A stretch of DNA of 63,200 bases, filler included, from Perkinsus chesapeaki ATCC PRA-425 (Eukaryota > Protista > Perkinsozoa): assembly GCA_013115145.1 (NCBI GenBank). It is 6 parts of 6 records of this genome, joined end to end, with 100 filler letters (N's around TTAATTAATTAA, not from the genome) between each part and the next. Parts side by side here need not be neighbours in the genome. Positions count along the whole stretch, not along the records: positions 25,540 to 46,607 come from JAAPAO010000605.1; 5 more parts are not named here. One strand, written 5' to 3'. A program made the position numbers and the translations under genes. Within the stretch, counting starts at the first letter, position 1. Every line of letters begins with the position of its first letter. Of the stretch, positions 27,271 through 39,155 are shown in pieces. The notes under the pieces are model-generated. The model was given only the letters and a program-made list of their open reading frames with translations. It did not search any database and had not been told where the DNA came from.

Positions 27271-27989
27271 GGTAACGTTTGAATGTTAAAGATAAGTGTG
27301 TCGGGCCTAGTTACCGACCGAGCAAGATGAGTCAGGCTGCTAATTGATACTTCGATCCTTTTGGAAGGTCTGAATTCGAATATTAAGTCTTTGTTACTTA
27401 TCACCACAGACAGAATGGGCATATCAGTAATGGGCGTGCCCTTCCGAATCGGCGTATAAATCTTCCCTGCTGGGCAGTATAAGATCCGACAGTGAAATAT
27501 TTTTTACGTACTTGAGTGCCGATTACGGATTAGTTTAGCCTCATCGACGTAGGTTAAATGCTTGTTGTAACGCTTCGTAATGCTTGGGTAATATATACTA
27601 TATGCTTGATGCTTTTTGTGGATGAATGATAGGTTCATATATTTATATTAGTATTAAATAAGTTATAATGATACTATATATAACATGTTAATAAATTATA
27701 ACTAGTAATAATAAGTATTCCTAATTCAATAATATTAATAGTATTATAATATTAAATACACTTATAAATAGATAATCATATGAATTTCACAGGCTATAGC
27801 AAGTTGGACGTGGTCAAATCTCCGCGCAAAATGGCACATCGAAGGCGTTTTCCTAGGAATCATATCTACCCCTGTTCGTAGTTAACATTCGTTACTATTT
27901 CTCTCCACTGCCCCTTGCACGTACGCCCAAGCATGTATACCGTAATACCCTTGATGCGTATGCTTCGTAGTTAGTATATATTATACTAA

Positions 27990-29290
27990 AGTGTGAGCCA
28001 TCTTATAAATTGGCCGCTTGAACGCTTTTATTTGGGGTTAGCGGTGCCGATGATCTGTTGCGTTTTGGTAGGTCACGTCGAAGATAGTTATTTTGTTAAT
28101 CCGAATTTGGATAGTCGGAGATCGGCTCGTGTGATGGGGGATTTAAGCCGAAGTTATGTACCTTCAATTAAGAGCGATGATGTTGATAAAATATGCAATA
28201 GGAGACGGACGTATCTTAGGTGGGTATATAATGCACGCATCAAGTAAAGATTCTTTAGTCCGCGGGCAATGGCTGACGACATGTATAACACAGAGAGTGG
28301 AATTAGCACAAGAATTGTCTCCCCACCTAGTTGTATTAAATCCGTACCGAGGCCTCCACTATCAGCACCATTGCATTCTAGAAGAGGTAAAATACCGGTG
28401 CTGGGAATCGAAGCCGGGATTGATGAGCAGGTCGGAGGTATCTTGGTGGAAGGGAGAATGGAGAGAGAGCTGTACAGGAGGCATTTATGGGACCACCTGG
28501 ACGGTTTCAAGGTAACTGTGATGTTGAAATTAGGGTGTTGGTAAAACTCGTGATATAGCTGTTTTTGTCTGAGGACAGCAATTTTCTGTAAGCTTTTTTA
28601 TGGTGAGCTGATGAGGGAACCGTGGATCGGACCTGCGGAGGAGCGTAGATGCTGCAGGTCATATTACTTACGGAGATAGGATCTAAGCAATCTTAGATGT
28701 TATGTGGAGGGTCGGGTATTTAATGAATTCACGGCGACTCCGCTCCCTTCAGTCCGATGGGGCGTGGTGACACTGATGAAATGAAAATCTTGATGCGGTT
28801 TTCGCATCGTTCCTCGGTAGATGAAGGATGTGCTCACTAAGCTAATCAGGCAGCTCAAGTGGGGGTGCTCCTTAATTTCAACATTACTATTATATTTGAT
28901 TTGTTTATTGACATTATAAATTCGATACCTACAATGCAGACTGGAAAATCATTCATTTTTTAAATTTCCATCAATTCATATTTTTAAAGTCGAATAATGT
29001 TAGTTTTATGTTAGAGACAGCGATGGACGGTTATACCAGACGAAGTGGTCGAAGGATAGTACCACCACTTAGGATACCGGACAGGGAAGTTTTATCGGAA
29101 CGAGGCAGTGGTAATATGGTGTAGTGGTGGAATTCGAGGCTGTTTATCGTAAGGGTGTGGGTACGATCCCTTCAGGTGTCAAAAAGAATATTGGGTTTCT
29201 GTCTGAGCGCAAGAAGACCTATTCAAGGCTGAGATTTGCTGATGATAGAGTGCGGTGCGCACAGCTTGATAATCCACGTTACTGGAATTC
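27990..29290 (+). CDS. Hypothetical multi-exon protein
   Basis: Open segments at 28060-28210 and 28269-28510 with splice-like borders; no recognised motif. Confidence 0.25.
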
Positions 29291-29607
29291 ATGATGTTGT
29301 TCATGTTGTTGTGGGAACTATTAACAGCTAGAGGTGTCCGAAAAAGGAACAGTTTTGTGTTATAAGTGATGAACCGGGCTCGGGAAGCGTATAAAGGGGG
29401 CGTATAAAGAATGCATGTTTTGGATCTATGAAAATGAAAGTTGGATTATTAGTAAATATATTCCCCCAAAGATTCTGGTCTCCTTAAATATTCCTTTTCT
29501 CATCAGCAATTTAGTTTGTGTTATACGATTCTTGTGAGAAGAAGGTCTATATCAAAATTTTGTAATATATCTCCTTTCCCTTGTGTGAGTTGTATTATTA
29601 CCAATAA

Positions 29608-32600
29608 ATGGGGCCACTGCGAAACCGCAAAAGGAAGCATCAACGGCAAGCAGCTAGTAATAAGAAAAGGAGGCTGAGCGAAGGTGATGAGGGATGAGGG
29701 CTGCGGGGAAAGTTACTGTCAAGTGTTGGGGAAATGAGCAATTGTCTATTAACCCAGAGTGGATTTTGAAGCAACCTGGTTGGCCAGGTCGGATGGTGAT
29801 AGTACTGGATGGAAAGTATTCTGACTCGGGTAGAGTCTATATCATGTTAATGGTATAGACGGTAGGCTTTACTGAGAATATGTCTTATGGGGGGGGTACA
29901 TTCTGTACCGAGCCCACAAAAGATATAGCTAGGATTCGTCAGAGTCCGGTCAGCCTGTTGGTCTGAACTAAAAGGTGTTTCTTAGTTTCATAAGATCATG
30001 CTATTTAAGAATATAATATACTGTATATTAAGATAGATTATATATTATATAGATAATATATGTAGACTCTTTATTGCAGTTGTACAGTGTGGCCCAAGCT
30101 GTTATGCAAATCAGTTTTTTCGTCGTAACTTTTCCATTTCGACTAATTTGAAACTTATCACAACTATGTAATTATAATTAAATAATCTTCTATGGAAGAT
30201 TCCCAATCACCCTCCGTGGTTCCGGCTGTGAAAGCTCTGGAACTTGCACTCTCGCAGGCATGACGAGCTTGGCGCTATCTCAGATCCGGTTGAGTCCAGC
30301 CCGATGTCAGATGCTGATGCAGAAGTGAAGTACTGGGAGAAAAAATTAGGTCTTGACGGAGGTAATGCGCATGCGTGCAAGTCATACCACACTTTTGTTT
30401 AATCGCAGATAATGCTGACAAGGTTAAAGAGGAGTTCATCAAGGACGGATGGGATGAGGATTTCTTCAAGTCGCTGGATGATATTGATGACGCTGTCAAG
30501 GAACGGAAAAAGGAACTCAAGGCCGAGCATGAAGGAGAAGGTAGTGGACCCCCGGCGGGGGGCTAACTTAGTTTTATGGCATAAACTTTATTTATCATAT
30601 ATTGCAGGTAGTGAAGAGGAAGATGGTGATGCTAGTGATGGTAATGGGGGGCATTGGTGGTCTATGGACGAGCATACAGTGGGAATGAATCTCGTGCATT
30701 TTATTCAGCTAGGGTGTTTACTCGAACTCGAATTTCCTATCAAGCTGCGTATCTTATCTCTCCGAAACCGTAATAGGCTTCTACGAGGCATGATGGATCT
30801 TTGCCTGATACTGTTCGATATAGGTGTGTCAGATTTGCAAGAAGAAGAAGGAGAAGAGGACTCTGCTGATGAAGAAGTTAAATATTGGGAGCACAAGCTG
30901 GGGATTGACAGTATGTCGGCTTGGCGGTGGGTGGCTTAAGATACGGCTGCGCGATATAGTGGATTATTCGGGCCGAAGATGAAAAAGAAACCCTGAAGGT
31001 GTATATAGCGCGAAGTGTTCTATTGCTTTCTATTTTTTATATTTCCACTCTTTTCCGAGAAAATTCTCGCGGAAGTGGCCTACCGGCCTCAACGCCACTT
31101 GGGAGACGATAGGTCCCGAGTTCAATTCTCGGCCAGCCCTTATCTCTCTTCAGAAAACCGTCAAAAAGTTATGGACGAACTAGAAAAGGACGGCCTTGAT
31201 CCAGACCTCTTCGCTGCGCTGGATGGTATCGAAGATGCTGTTAACAATCGCAAGACGGAACTGAACGGGGACGCTGATGCCCCTACAAAGGCGAAGACCG
31301 CGCATGAAGGTAAGATACGCATAGTTTAGTGGTGCTGAAATGTACTTGAGCTTTGGGAGGGAATTTTGGAAAGATTTCCGTGGTTTGGTCAACCCGCTAC
31401 GTCTACCTGTCTCAATTCTAGCTTTAAAGGTTCGCTATCGTCTAACTTCCGATGGGAGAGGTCGTCCGGCCGCGAACGGGAGAGGTTGGAGAAAAACTCG
31501 GGGGAATTTCTGCAGTCTAAGGATTTCTTTAGAGCGCTGTATGTGTTGTGGTGATTCAATGAGGAAATCTAAGGGCTGTAGACCTCAAAGTTGAAGGCTA
31601 AAAGAGGGAAGGGATTACGGTGTGGCCAAAGTAACTGAATTTAAATAATAAATCTTGCGATTCTTTTGTCTTTATGGAACTATATCTAAAAATGCTATGA
31701 GTAGTGAAATATAGTATTTTTGTCAGCCTCTGAGCCAGCGGAGAAGAAACCGTCGACCGCTACTGGAGCGTATGTGCCTCCTCATCTGCGACAGACGAAA
31801 AAAAGAAATACCGAGGATGAAGAACGCGCCATGAAATTAAGCAAGATTAGAGGTTTAGTGAACAAGCTAAGTGAGGGCAACATCGAGCTCATCACCGCCG
31901 AAGTGGTGGCCTTGCTCGGAGGGGGCGACCAGAGCGTGACCGAAGGATACGCTCGCGAGTTCGTTGAAAGTGCTATTGGTAATCCGCATATTTCTTTGAC
32001 GTTGCTGGGCACGTACTGCGCGCATTTGGTGGCTGTCACAATGATCTGCGGAGGTGGTCCGCTGGCGATGACGCTCGAGCTGATTGGGAAGTTCGTCAGG
32101 GGAACGCTCCCGATGGTTTCGGATGATTCTTCGGGGAATAGCAAAGCGAAGATCAGCAATTGCTGTAAAGTGATCGCACTGCTGTTCACATTTGGGATAA
32201 TCAGTCCGAATGTCGTCATCGATTTGATAAGGGGTATCTTTGAGCCGAACGACATGCACAGACTCGACCTGGTCCTGGTGGTGCTGAGGTTTGCTGGGAG
32301 AAAGTTGAGGAAGGATAATTTGCAGGATTTCTCAGCGGTCTTGGAGTTGCTCACGAAAGATTCTAAGGAGGTCGAGAAGGAAGCGAGCGGGAAGTACCAA
32401 TTCTTGCTTCGCGAGCTGGAGGACCTGAAGAACAACAAAGTCAATTTTACTGCGTTATCTCATTTCGAGGCGAATTTCGGATGGCTGAAGGCGTCAAATC
32501 TTCTGAGGGGTCGAGGGACTCCCGAGGACTCCCTGGTGCAAGTCCCGATGAACATCTTTGACGAGGACCAAGTCGCGCAGGTTGAAGGTTCGCAATGGTG

Positions 32601-33409
32601 GAGAGGACTTGGCTCCTCCCGCATTGTTAAGGTGGACAGCATGAGAAAGTCTGCTGATGAAGATAACGAACGATTGCTTGAATTGGCGGCGAAAATGAAG
32701 ATGAACACTGATTTGCGAAGGTCTATTTTCATCGCTCTTATGGGTGCCGAGGACTATAAGCATGCTGTTTTCCGTATTGGTCAGGTGATCGGATCTCGGC
32801 CAAAGTTGGTGCCGCAGGTGGCTGTTGTTTTGTTGCACTGTGCGATCCATGAAAGTGCGTTCAATCGCTACTACTGCAGAGTCGCCAAGGCCTTGACCGA
32901 GCTTCCCGGCACGTGGGGCTCTCGGTACTCTCACGCGTTGAAAAATGCTTTGACGAAGCTCCTCCAGCAGTGTCACACTTATCCGGTGAGGAGGGTCGGC
33001 ATTCTGGCCAAAGTGTCAGCGTTTATGGTATCGGAAGGCATCGCCGACATGACTATTTTGCGATTCTTGGACTTCACCAAAGCAGAAACCGACGAAGGTC
33101 GCGCCAAAATTGATGTGCTCATTCGCGAGATGATTCTCGAGTTGATCGAGCTCCAAGGAGATGACGCCCCGAAGATGTTCTATTGCGTTGGCAAATACAA
33201 TGATTTGCGGCAAGGATTGGGAACAATGGTAAACAACACCTTGCGCACGCGTGTACGTTTCTTGTGTTATCTGTCCCGCTATTCAGGTTCGTTCTATGGT
33301 TATTCCTAAACTATCCGGTGATAAGCAATCTCACGGGAAAGCCATCATTGCGGCGCTGGAAGAGTGCAAAGAGGATGCAGATGATGATGAAGATGACCTC
33401 GATTTCTAA
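29608..33409 (+). CDS. NOM1: Nucleolar MIF4G/MA3-domain protein NOM1/Sgd1
   Basis: Basic first exon MGPLRNRKRK. Long exon 31720-33252 has GAYVPPHLR, GLVNKLSEGNI, MNTDLRRSIFIALMGAEDYKHA and CAIHESAFNRYY. Last exon ends EDADDDEDDLDF-stop. Confidence 0.9.
31095..31140 (+). pseudogene. tRNA-Pro-like relic in a NOM1 intron
   Basis: CACTTGGGAGACGATAGGTCCCGAGTTCAATTCTCGGCCAGCCCT: perfect T-arm CCGAG-TTCAATT-CTCGG, a TGG triplet at about the anticodon position and a Pro-like 3' acceptor strand. 3' splice AG at 31152-31153. Confidence 0.6.
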
Positions 33410-33631
33410 CATTGGTCGCTTGTACCACAACGTACTTACTGAAACGTTTCTACTATTTCAAATTGCTGCGGTGTCAGTAAAAGTCCACCGGTGATGGGAA
33501 ATGACAATGAAAACCTTGCAGTCACGCACATGTCATCAACTTGAAAGAACTCAAATCATACGACAAGTGTAAATAACGACAATCAAAAGATACGGCATGT
33601 CATCTATTAAAAAGCACCATGAAGGGCATTC

Positions 33632-34967
33632 CTACTGTAACCATGCACCTGGAGACCGATCCTGTAATGTCGACCATATCTAACCTTACTTGATTCCATT
33701 TTGTCCCTCGAGATATTTTCTCTAGTGCAATACTCTTGTACTGTCCTGGGCCAGGGTTCTTACCGAGGGCTCTGAGGAAAAGCAAAAGTCGCTACCCGGA
33801 TTTGAACCGGGGTTGTCACGGCCACAACGTGACGTCCTAACCACTAGACGATAGCGACTCCGAAGGAATGTGGTTTTTGGTCATTACTTCGCTATTTTGT
33901 CAGTTCTCTTGTCCTTGGACCAGACAGGTCGTGGCTCTGCCACAGTCGTCAGCAAGTCCCCTTTCGAAATATCATAGTGCCCCGGGCCGGGTATCTACAC
34001 ACAGCCAATGATCCCAAGTGGCAGGTTCGATTCCTGCCTGTGTCTTTTTTATCGGGCCTTTCGATTCCGTCTTCTTTGTCGTCATAATAGGCGCTGGTAA
34101 ATGAGTTTTCCCCGTCCGCAATGAGGTGATGCTGTACCTATTTTACTCGCAAAATAGGGGTTAGCTACGGTACGCTGCCTACTTGTTCGGGGCTGGAATT
34201 GTCGCACCGAATTTAATCGCTTTGTCGAGGAACGATTTCTTGGCTTTCTTGCTCATCGGTCCCCCGAGGCATCTGCACTCAACTGTTCACAAATCGAAGA
34301 AGCTTAACAAGTACCAACCTAGGCTTGACCAAATCAACCTTGGTAATGTCATATTTCCCCGGTGCTGGTGTCGCGGATCCTTTATCCGTTTTTATTATAC
34401 CGCCTACTTTCCCGTCCGCAATCAACTCAGCAACTCCACCTTACCTTTATCCCGACTTCCCTTGTCGAATTTGTACCCTTTACTGCCATGAGAGAACTCT
34501 TCACCAGGAGGATATTGCGGCCATGGTGCGTGCCTATCGTCGCGGGAAATAATCCTAATTAGATGTGAATTTCGCACTTGATATATTTTCCGGGGCCGGG
34601 TGTGCTGCCTGCTAGTTTTTTAATTTGACCTATACGAGAGGTCACTTGCCCGCTGTCCTTCGGCAACGCCCCTGAAGTTCGGTCACCCTTGATGGGAGGG
34701 ATGGAAGCTTTTACCTCCTTTTACTTTCCCTGCTAGGCCGTGTTTGGGGACCTCGTAATCACCGAGATCATATTTTCCGGTCATAATGACAGAGAAAACT
34801 GTACGAAGGAATGCCACCAATACAGCCCACCGAGCTATATGAATGAAATCAACGATGCGATCTCGTTTGAAATACTGGGGTACTTGATTCCCTTGCACCA
34901 TTCTGCAATGGGCCCCAAAAAGTTGCAGGTCGTTCGAGAAATGGGATATTGCTGGGATCGACGACAT
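33632..34967 (-). CDS. SHIPPO/STPG/ODF3-type PGP-repeat protein, about 9-10 small exons
   Basis: Spliced translation gives GKYD, TPAPGKYD, IPAPNKY, IPGPGHY and NPGPGQY repeats with phase-compatible introns. Confidence 0.75.
33787..33858 (-). tRNA. tRNA-His(GUG), sense strand inside a 116-nt SHIPPO-gene intron (33772-33887)
   Basis: GTCGCTATCGTCTAGTGGTTAGGACGTCACGTTGTGGCCGTGACAACCCCGGTTCAAATCCGGGTAGCGACT; full cloverleaf followed by a T-run. Confidence 0.93.
33999..34050 (+). pseudogene. Internally deleted tRNA-like element (acceptor stem, perfect T-arm, T6)
   Basis: ACACAG-16 nt-GCAGG TTCGATT CCTGC-CTGTGT-C-TTTTTT; CCAATG and GCAGGTTCGA.TCCTGCC recall tRNA-Arg. Confidence 0.6.
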
Positions 34968-36772
34968 CTTGCTAACTTGTTATGACTTGCTTTTCCTCAA
35001 TTCATTAGCGCATAATAAATCGCGGTAGCCCCAAACTCAATTGCATTGGCAGTGCCAATGTGGCACTGCGTTCGGAAGCTTTTACAGTAGAGATTTTTCT
35101 AGTTGTAAAATGTATAATGTATAATGAAGAGAGTGAAAAGTGGACTCGTGAAGAGGAGCTCGCCACCGACAAGGGCTTTGTCAGTGACGAGTTGTCGCAA
35201 GGCTTTTGGTCTTTCCAAGATCATGGTAGAAGATATATCGCATCGGTGTATCACGCGAGGGTAACAGGCCCTGTTACCGCGACGTGTTTAACAGGCCCGA
35301 TAAGGGCCTGTTCAACAGCCCCTCACAATCGGAGTTTCAATCCAATGTCATCATCAGGGTGTCCTTAAAGGTTCTACCATTACTTCGGTATATGCCTTGT
35401 TGTCTCTCACCTGACGACTTACGCAATGATCTCTTTTCTTCTAAGACCATAATATATTCATGCTGAATATCAGAAGGGGAATCAACTATATAGTTGAAGT
35501 TCCCTTCTCCTTACTGAGTTTACCACTAGCCTTGCCCATTGGGAATCATGATTAGATTGATAGATAGTGGGCAGCGGCTCCACATTGTGGAACAGAAATT
35601 CTGTTACAGAATCTCGTAAGGTCAAATATTGCTTCGCGCTCCCAAACTGGATAGCGTAAGACTCCGTAGTATAGGGCTTCTTGCCGTCGAAGACGGCCCA
35701 TCGTTGTTTCACTCGGGAAGAAGCTCTGATTTGAGCAGACGACCAAGTCATGTCAGGCTTCTCTGCCTGACATAGCTCCCTGTGATGGAATGTAGCTAGT
35801 TACTATAATCCAGAAAGGGGGACATTCGTGGAAGTTGTGACCGAAATTGTTGCACAAGCTACAACGCTTCTGATCCTATGGCTTCTCCTTGTTGGGGCAG
35901 TCCCTCAATTCACGGCATGAGTTTAGGGACTGTCATGAATTTCACGCTCAACCACAATAAATTTTATTGTGGTTTATTAAGCTTTTACTAAGTAGGCTTT
36001 ATTATAAAGCCTTCTTTCATAATAGGATCACGGTCAGAGGATTGCCTTGCAGGGCATCCGTTCCACGTCGAGCTTCGTAATAAGGCTTATCAGGCGTAAG
36101 CCTTAATAAGGCGTAGATATCACATCACAATGCCTTAGGCATTGTGATGTGAGAGGCAGCCAATGGTCAAGCAGATATTGATCTCGCTGCTATCTCCATA
36201 TTCCGTGCCGAATTCACTCGGTGGCACCGAGCCTGCGTGACAGAGCTGTTGTTGACAACAACTTGTTGTTGGTGTTGCTATTCAGGTTTAACGTCAAACA
36301 GTTTGACTCAAACTCCGAATCGGCTCGGTCTGACGGGCTTTTTGCATCTAAACCGGTACGGCATAATAGATGCTTACCTTAGGTTGAAAGGTAAGCATCA
36401 AGCATGCTGCATCATCAGCATATATCACCCATTTAAATTCTATTTAATGAAATAATACCTTAAACTCAGCAGAGACCTCTTCATAAACATCATCAGTACC
36501 AACTTATAAACAGGGTCACCCTGCCAGGGTGGGTGATAGTCCCCATGCTTGAGGACAGCCCTTCTAGGATCGCCTTCCCTGTCGCTGCAACCAGGAAAAC
36601 TTACCCTAGCCCCTCTTTCCTTCAACCATTCATTTGTATTTTCCCCCTTAAGGGCTATCAAAGCACCATCGTAGCAAATCTAAGATTTCCTAAATCTAAG
36701 TCTGGATTACAGAGGAATTTCAAAAGTCTGTACTAAGCACGACCCGTCTCCTTTCTGGATTGAATCAATCCG

Positions 36773-36833
36773 ATTGATGATACATTCGTATCCAGTTCAT
36801 GAATCATAAACTGGATATGAATGTATCATCAAT
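36773..36833. repeat. 25-bp inverted repeat with 11-nt loop
   Basis: ATTGATGATACATTCGTATCCAGTT / AACTGGATATGAATGTATCATCAAT, 24/25 Watson-Crick pairs plus one G-T. Confidence 0.9.
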
Positions 36834-38261
36834 TATAAATTATGGTACATTCATGAACGCCAGCTTTCACGAGAGAGTTTATAATACCAGCATGCAATAT
36901 CTCGCCGAAACCGTACTGTAGTCAGTGCTTAGAATAACCCACTTCAAGTAGGCTTCTTAGAATAAACTGGGACTTCAGGTCCTAGTAGATGTCTTGCATG
37001 ATGCAAGATCAGCCTTTTGGCGTCTTCATACCCTTTTAACTGCACTTGCATTCGTCGCCAGGGCGACTAGCACCCAGAGGGTCAGTAGTAGTATAGAGCT
37101 TCGTGCCGACGTGGTGGTGGTAGACTACCACTGGTAGTTTAAGGTCCGACACCACATTGTGGTTTAGTTAGACCATATCTCAGGTTAACTAGAACAATGA
37201 ATATTACATTGAATCAGTACAGTAAATACATTAAATACGTTAAATACAGTAAGCGAAAGACGGTTTATAAATTTCTATCAGTATAATGGCTACTTATCCA
37301 TTATCCAACGGAAAAACGCCAACGATTCGCTCAACTCATCACGTACGATAAATTGAGATATGCTCTTATTAGGGTCAACCCAACATGGCCTCTTATCTGC
37401 TCTTAAGGGACAGCATAAAAGGCATGGGAAAGAGTCTACCACAAGATGGACAGTTTACATTGCCATTAGAATTGGCGTGACACTTATAACTTTTCAGTAC
37501 AGGTGTATGACCACAGAGTAGCTGAGCTATCTTAAAATCAGTTCCTTATCGTTCAGACGAGCCAGACAACTTGTCTGAGACAAGATATTTCACTCAGACG
37601 TACTCCGCATTGCGGAACACTCGGTTAGTCTTAAGGTTCTCCCTGAGATGAATGGTGTGTCCTGTTCAATTTTTTGCTTGCTTCGCCACAAACTTCGCCC
37701 ATGAGAAGAACCTTTCCGCTTTGCGCTTCTTCCGCAAGGGATTGAGGCAACGAGGTATATCAACCTCACACAATCTGTGACTTAATTCCTCGTAAGACTT
37801 ACTCACCCTATCACAGCTGAGGGCAAGATGATCTCACTACTGCTACTGTAGCATGCTGCAGTGCTAGAGATCCGACAGAATTGTGCTTCCTCACAAGAGC
37901 AATGATCATGCTTAGAATCACGACGGCCGCATCTGTAGGATAGTGGCTCATAGACAACCGGACTGGGACCCACTCCGAAACCCAATAATCGTACACTTCT
38001 ATTCATGCTTTGCTGCAGCCTGCAGCCATGTCCACGTTACTAACATGGACATGGCTGCATCAATATGGCCTAATGCATAGGTACCAGTGGTACCTATGGC
38101 TCAGACACCGCTGTCGTACAGATTTGGGAATAATGTTACGGCACTATAATCCCCCCCAGCTCAATGGTCGGTTCTCCAATATGATTCCGCTCTGGACGAG
38201 ATAAAAGTTGTGGTACCATCTTTAAGTGCACCAAGCAACATCTTGAGGAGGATAACTTCTA

Positions 38262-39155
38262 GCCCCCTTACTCTACTGATGCCCCTGCTGACGGTCATAA
38301 TGTTAGGAGACTTGGTGTGAGGAGAGGTGTTGAGCGACGTATGACCATCGAGCGCCCTGAGGGGACGAAAACTTACAGGATTTATTATCCAACAACAACT
38401 TCGCTCAAGTTCGTCCTGGTTAGTCTACACTGTACTGGTTGCCACTGCCCCGAATGGAAGGATCGAAGTCGTTTGATGGACTATGCTGAAAAGTACAAGT
38501 TTGTCTTGTTCACTCGATGTGGGGTTCAGAATGCTATATTCCTTGAATCCTGGAATGCGGGAGGATGCTGTCATGCTACATCCTCTGTCAACGACACGGA
38601 GTTCATCAAGGCGATGATAAGAGACCCCGAATGGAACCTACCCGAGTGGACCTCAGTTTATGCTGTTGGATACAGCAATGGCGGAACGATGGCTGAGACT
38701 TTAATGTGTCGTAATGTGGTGTCGAGGGCAGTTTCTATCGCTGGCATCATATTCATGGCCAGAGGATCCGCAACCTTCAACGGATCGCAACGCATGTGAT
38801 GCGGTTTATAGCTCGACTGATGACAAGAGGATGCTTCATATTCATGGAAGTGAAGATGGCTATGTTCGGTGGGGAGGAAATTGGTTCCTTGGGCACCCAT
38901 CAGTTGTAGGTGACATGGCAAGATGGGCGAAGAGGATGGGGTGTTCAAAGTCATTTAATCGAACAAAGCTCTTTGGAGGTCGCTTCAAGTATCTCGACTG
39001 GCATTGCTCTTAGTCAAGATTCTTGACTCAAGAAACGTTTCCTTGGTTGAACCAAGTTGGTTCGCGTTGAAGGTGGAGCACATAATTAGTATAACAGGAG
39101 GAATCTCGATGTTGCTCAATATTCGGTTCGCTTCCTCACAGCACCGAACTCTTAA
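38262..39155 (+). pseudogene. LpqC/PHB-depolymerase-like alpha/beta hydrolase pseudogene, no introns seen
   Basis: WNAGGCC..NDTEFIKAM, GYSNGGTM nucleophile motif, LHIHGSED and KLVRVEGGAHN(stop)Y. Frameshift near 38790 and several stops after 39010. Confidence 0.8.

Noticed and set aside
31720-33309. The 529-aa ORF as a complete gene
   Set aside because: It starts at a TTG in a splice acceptor and runs on into an intron; it is the main exon of NOM1. The minus-strand ORFs over it are shadows.
33999-34050. tRNA-Sec or a functional armless tRNA
   Set aside because: No anticodon arm and no UCA; too short. Kept only as a relic.
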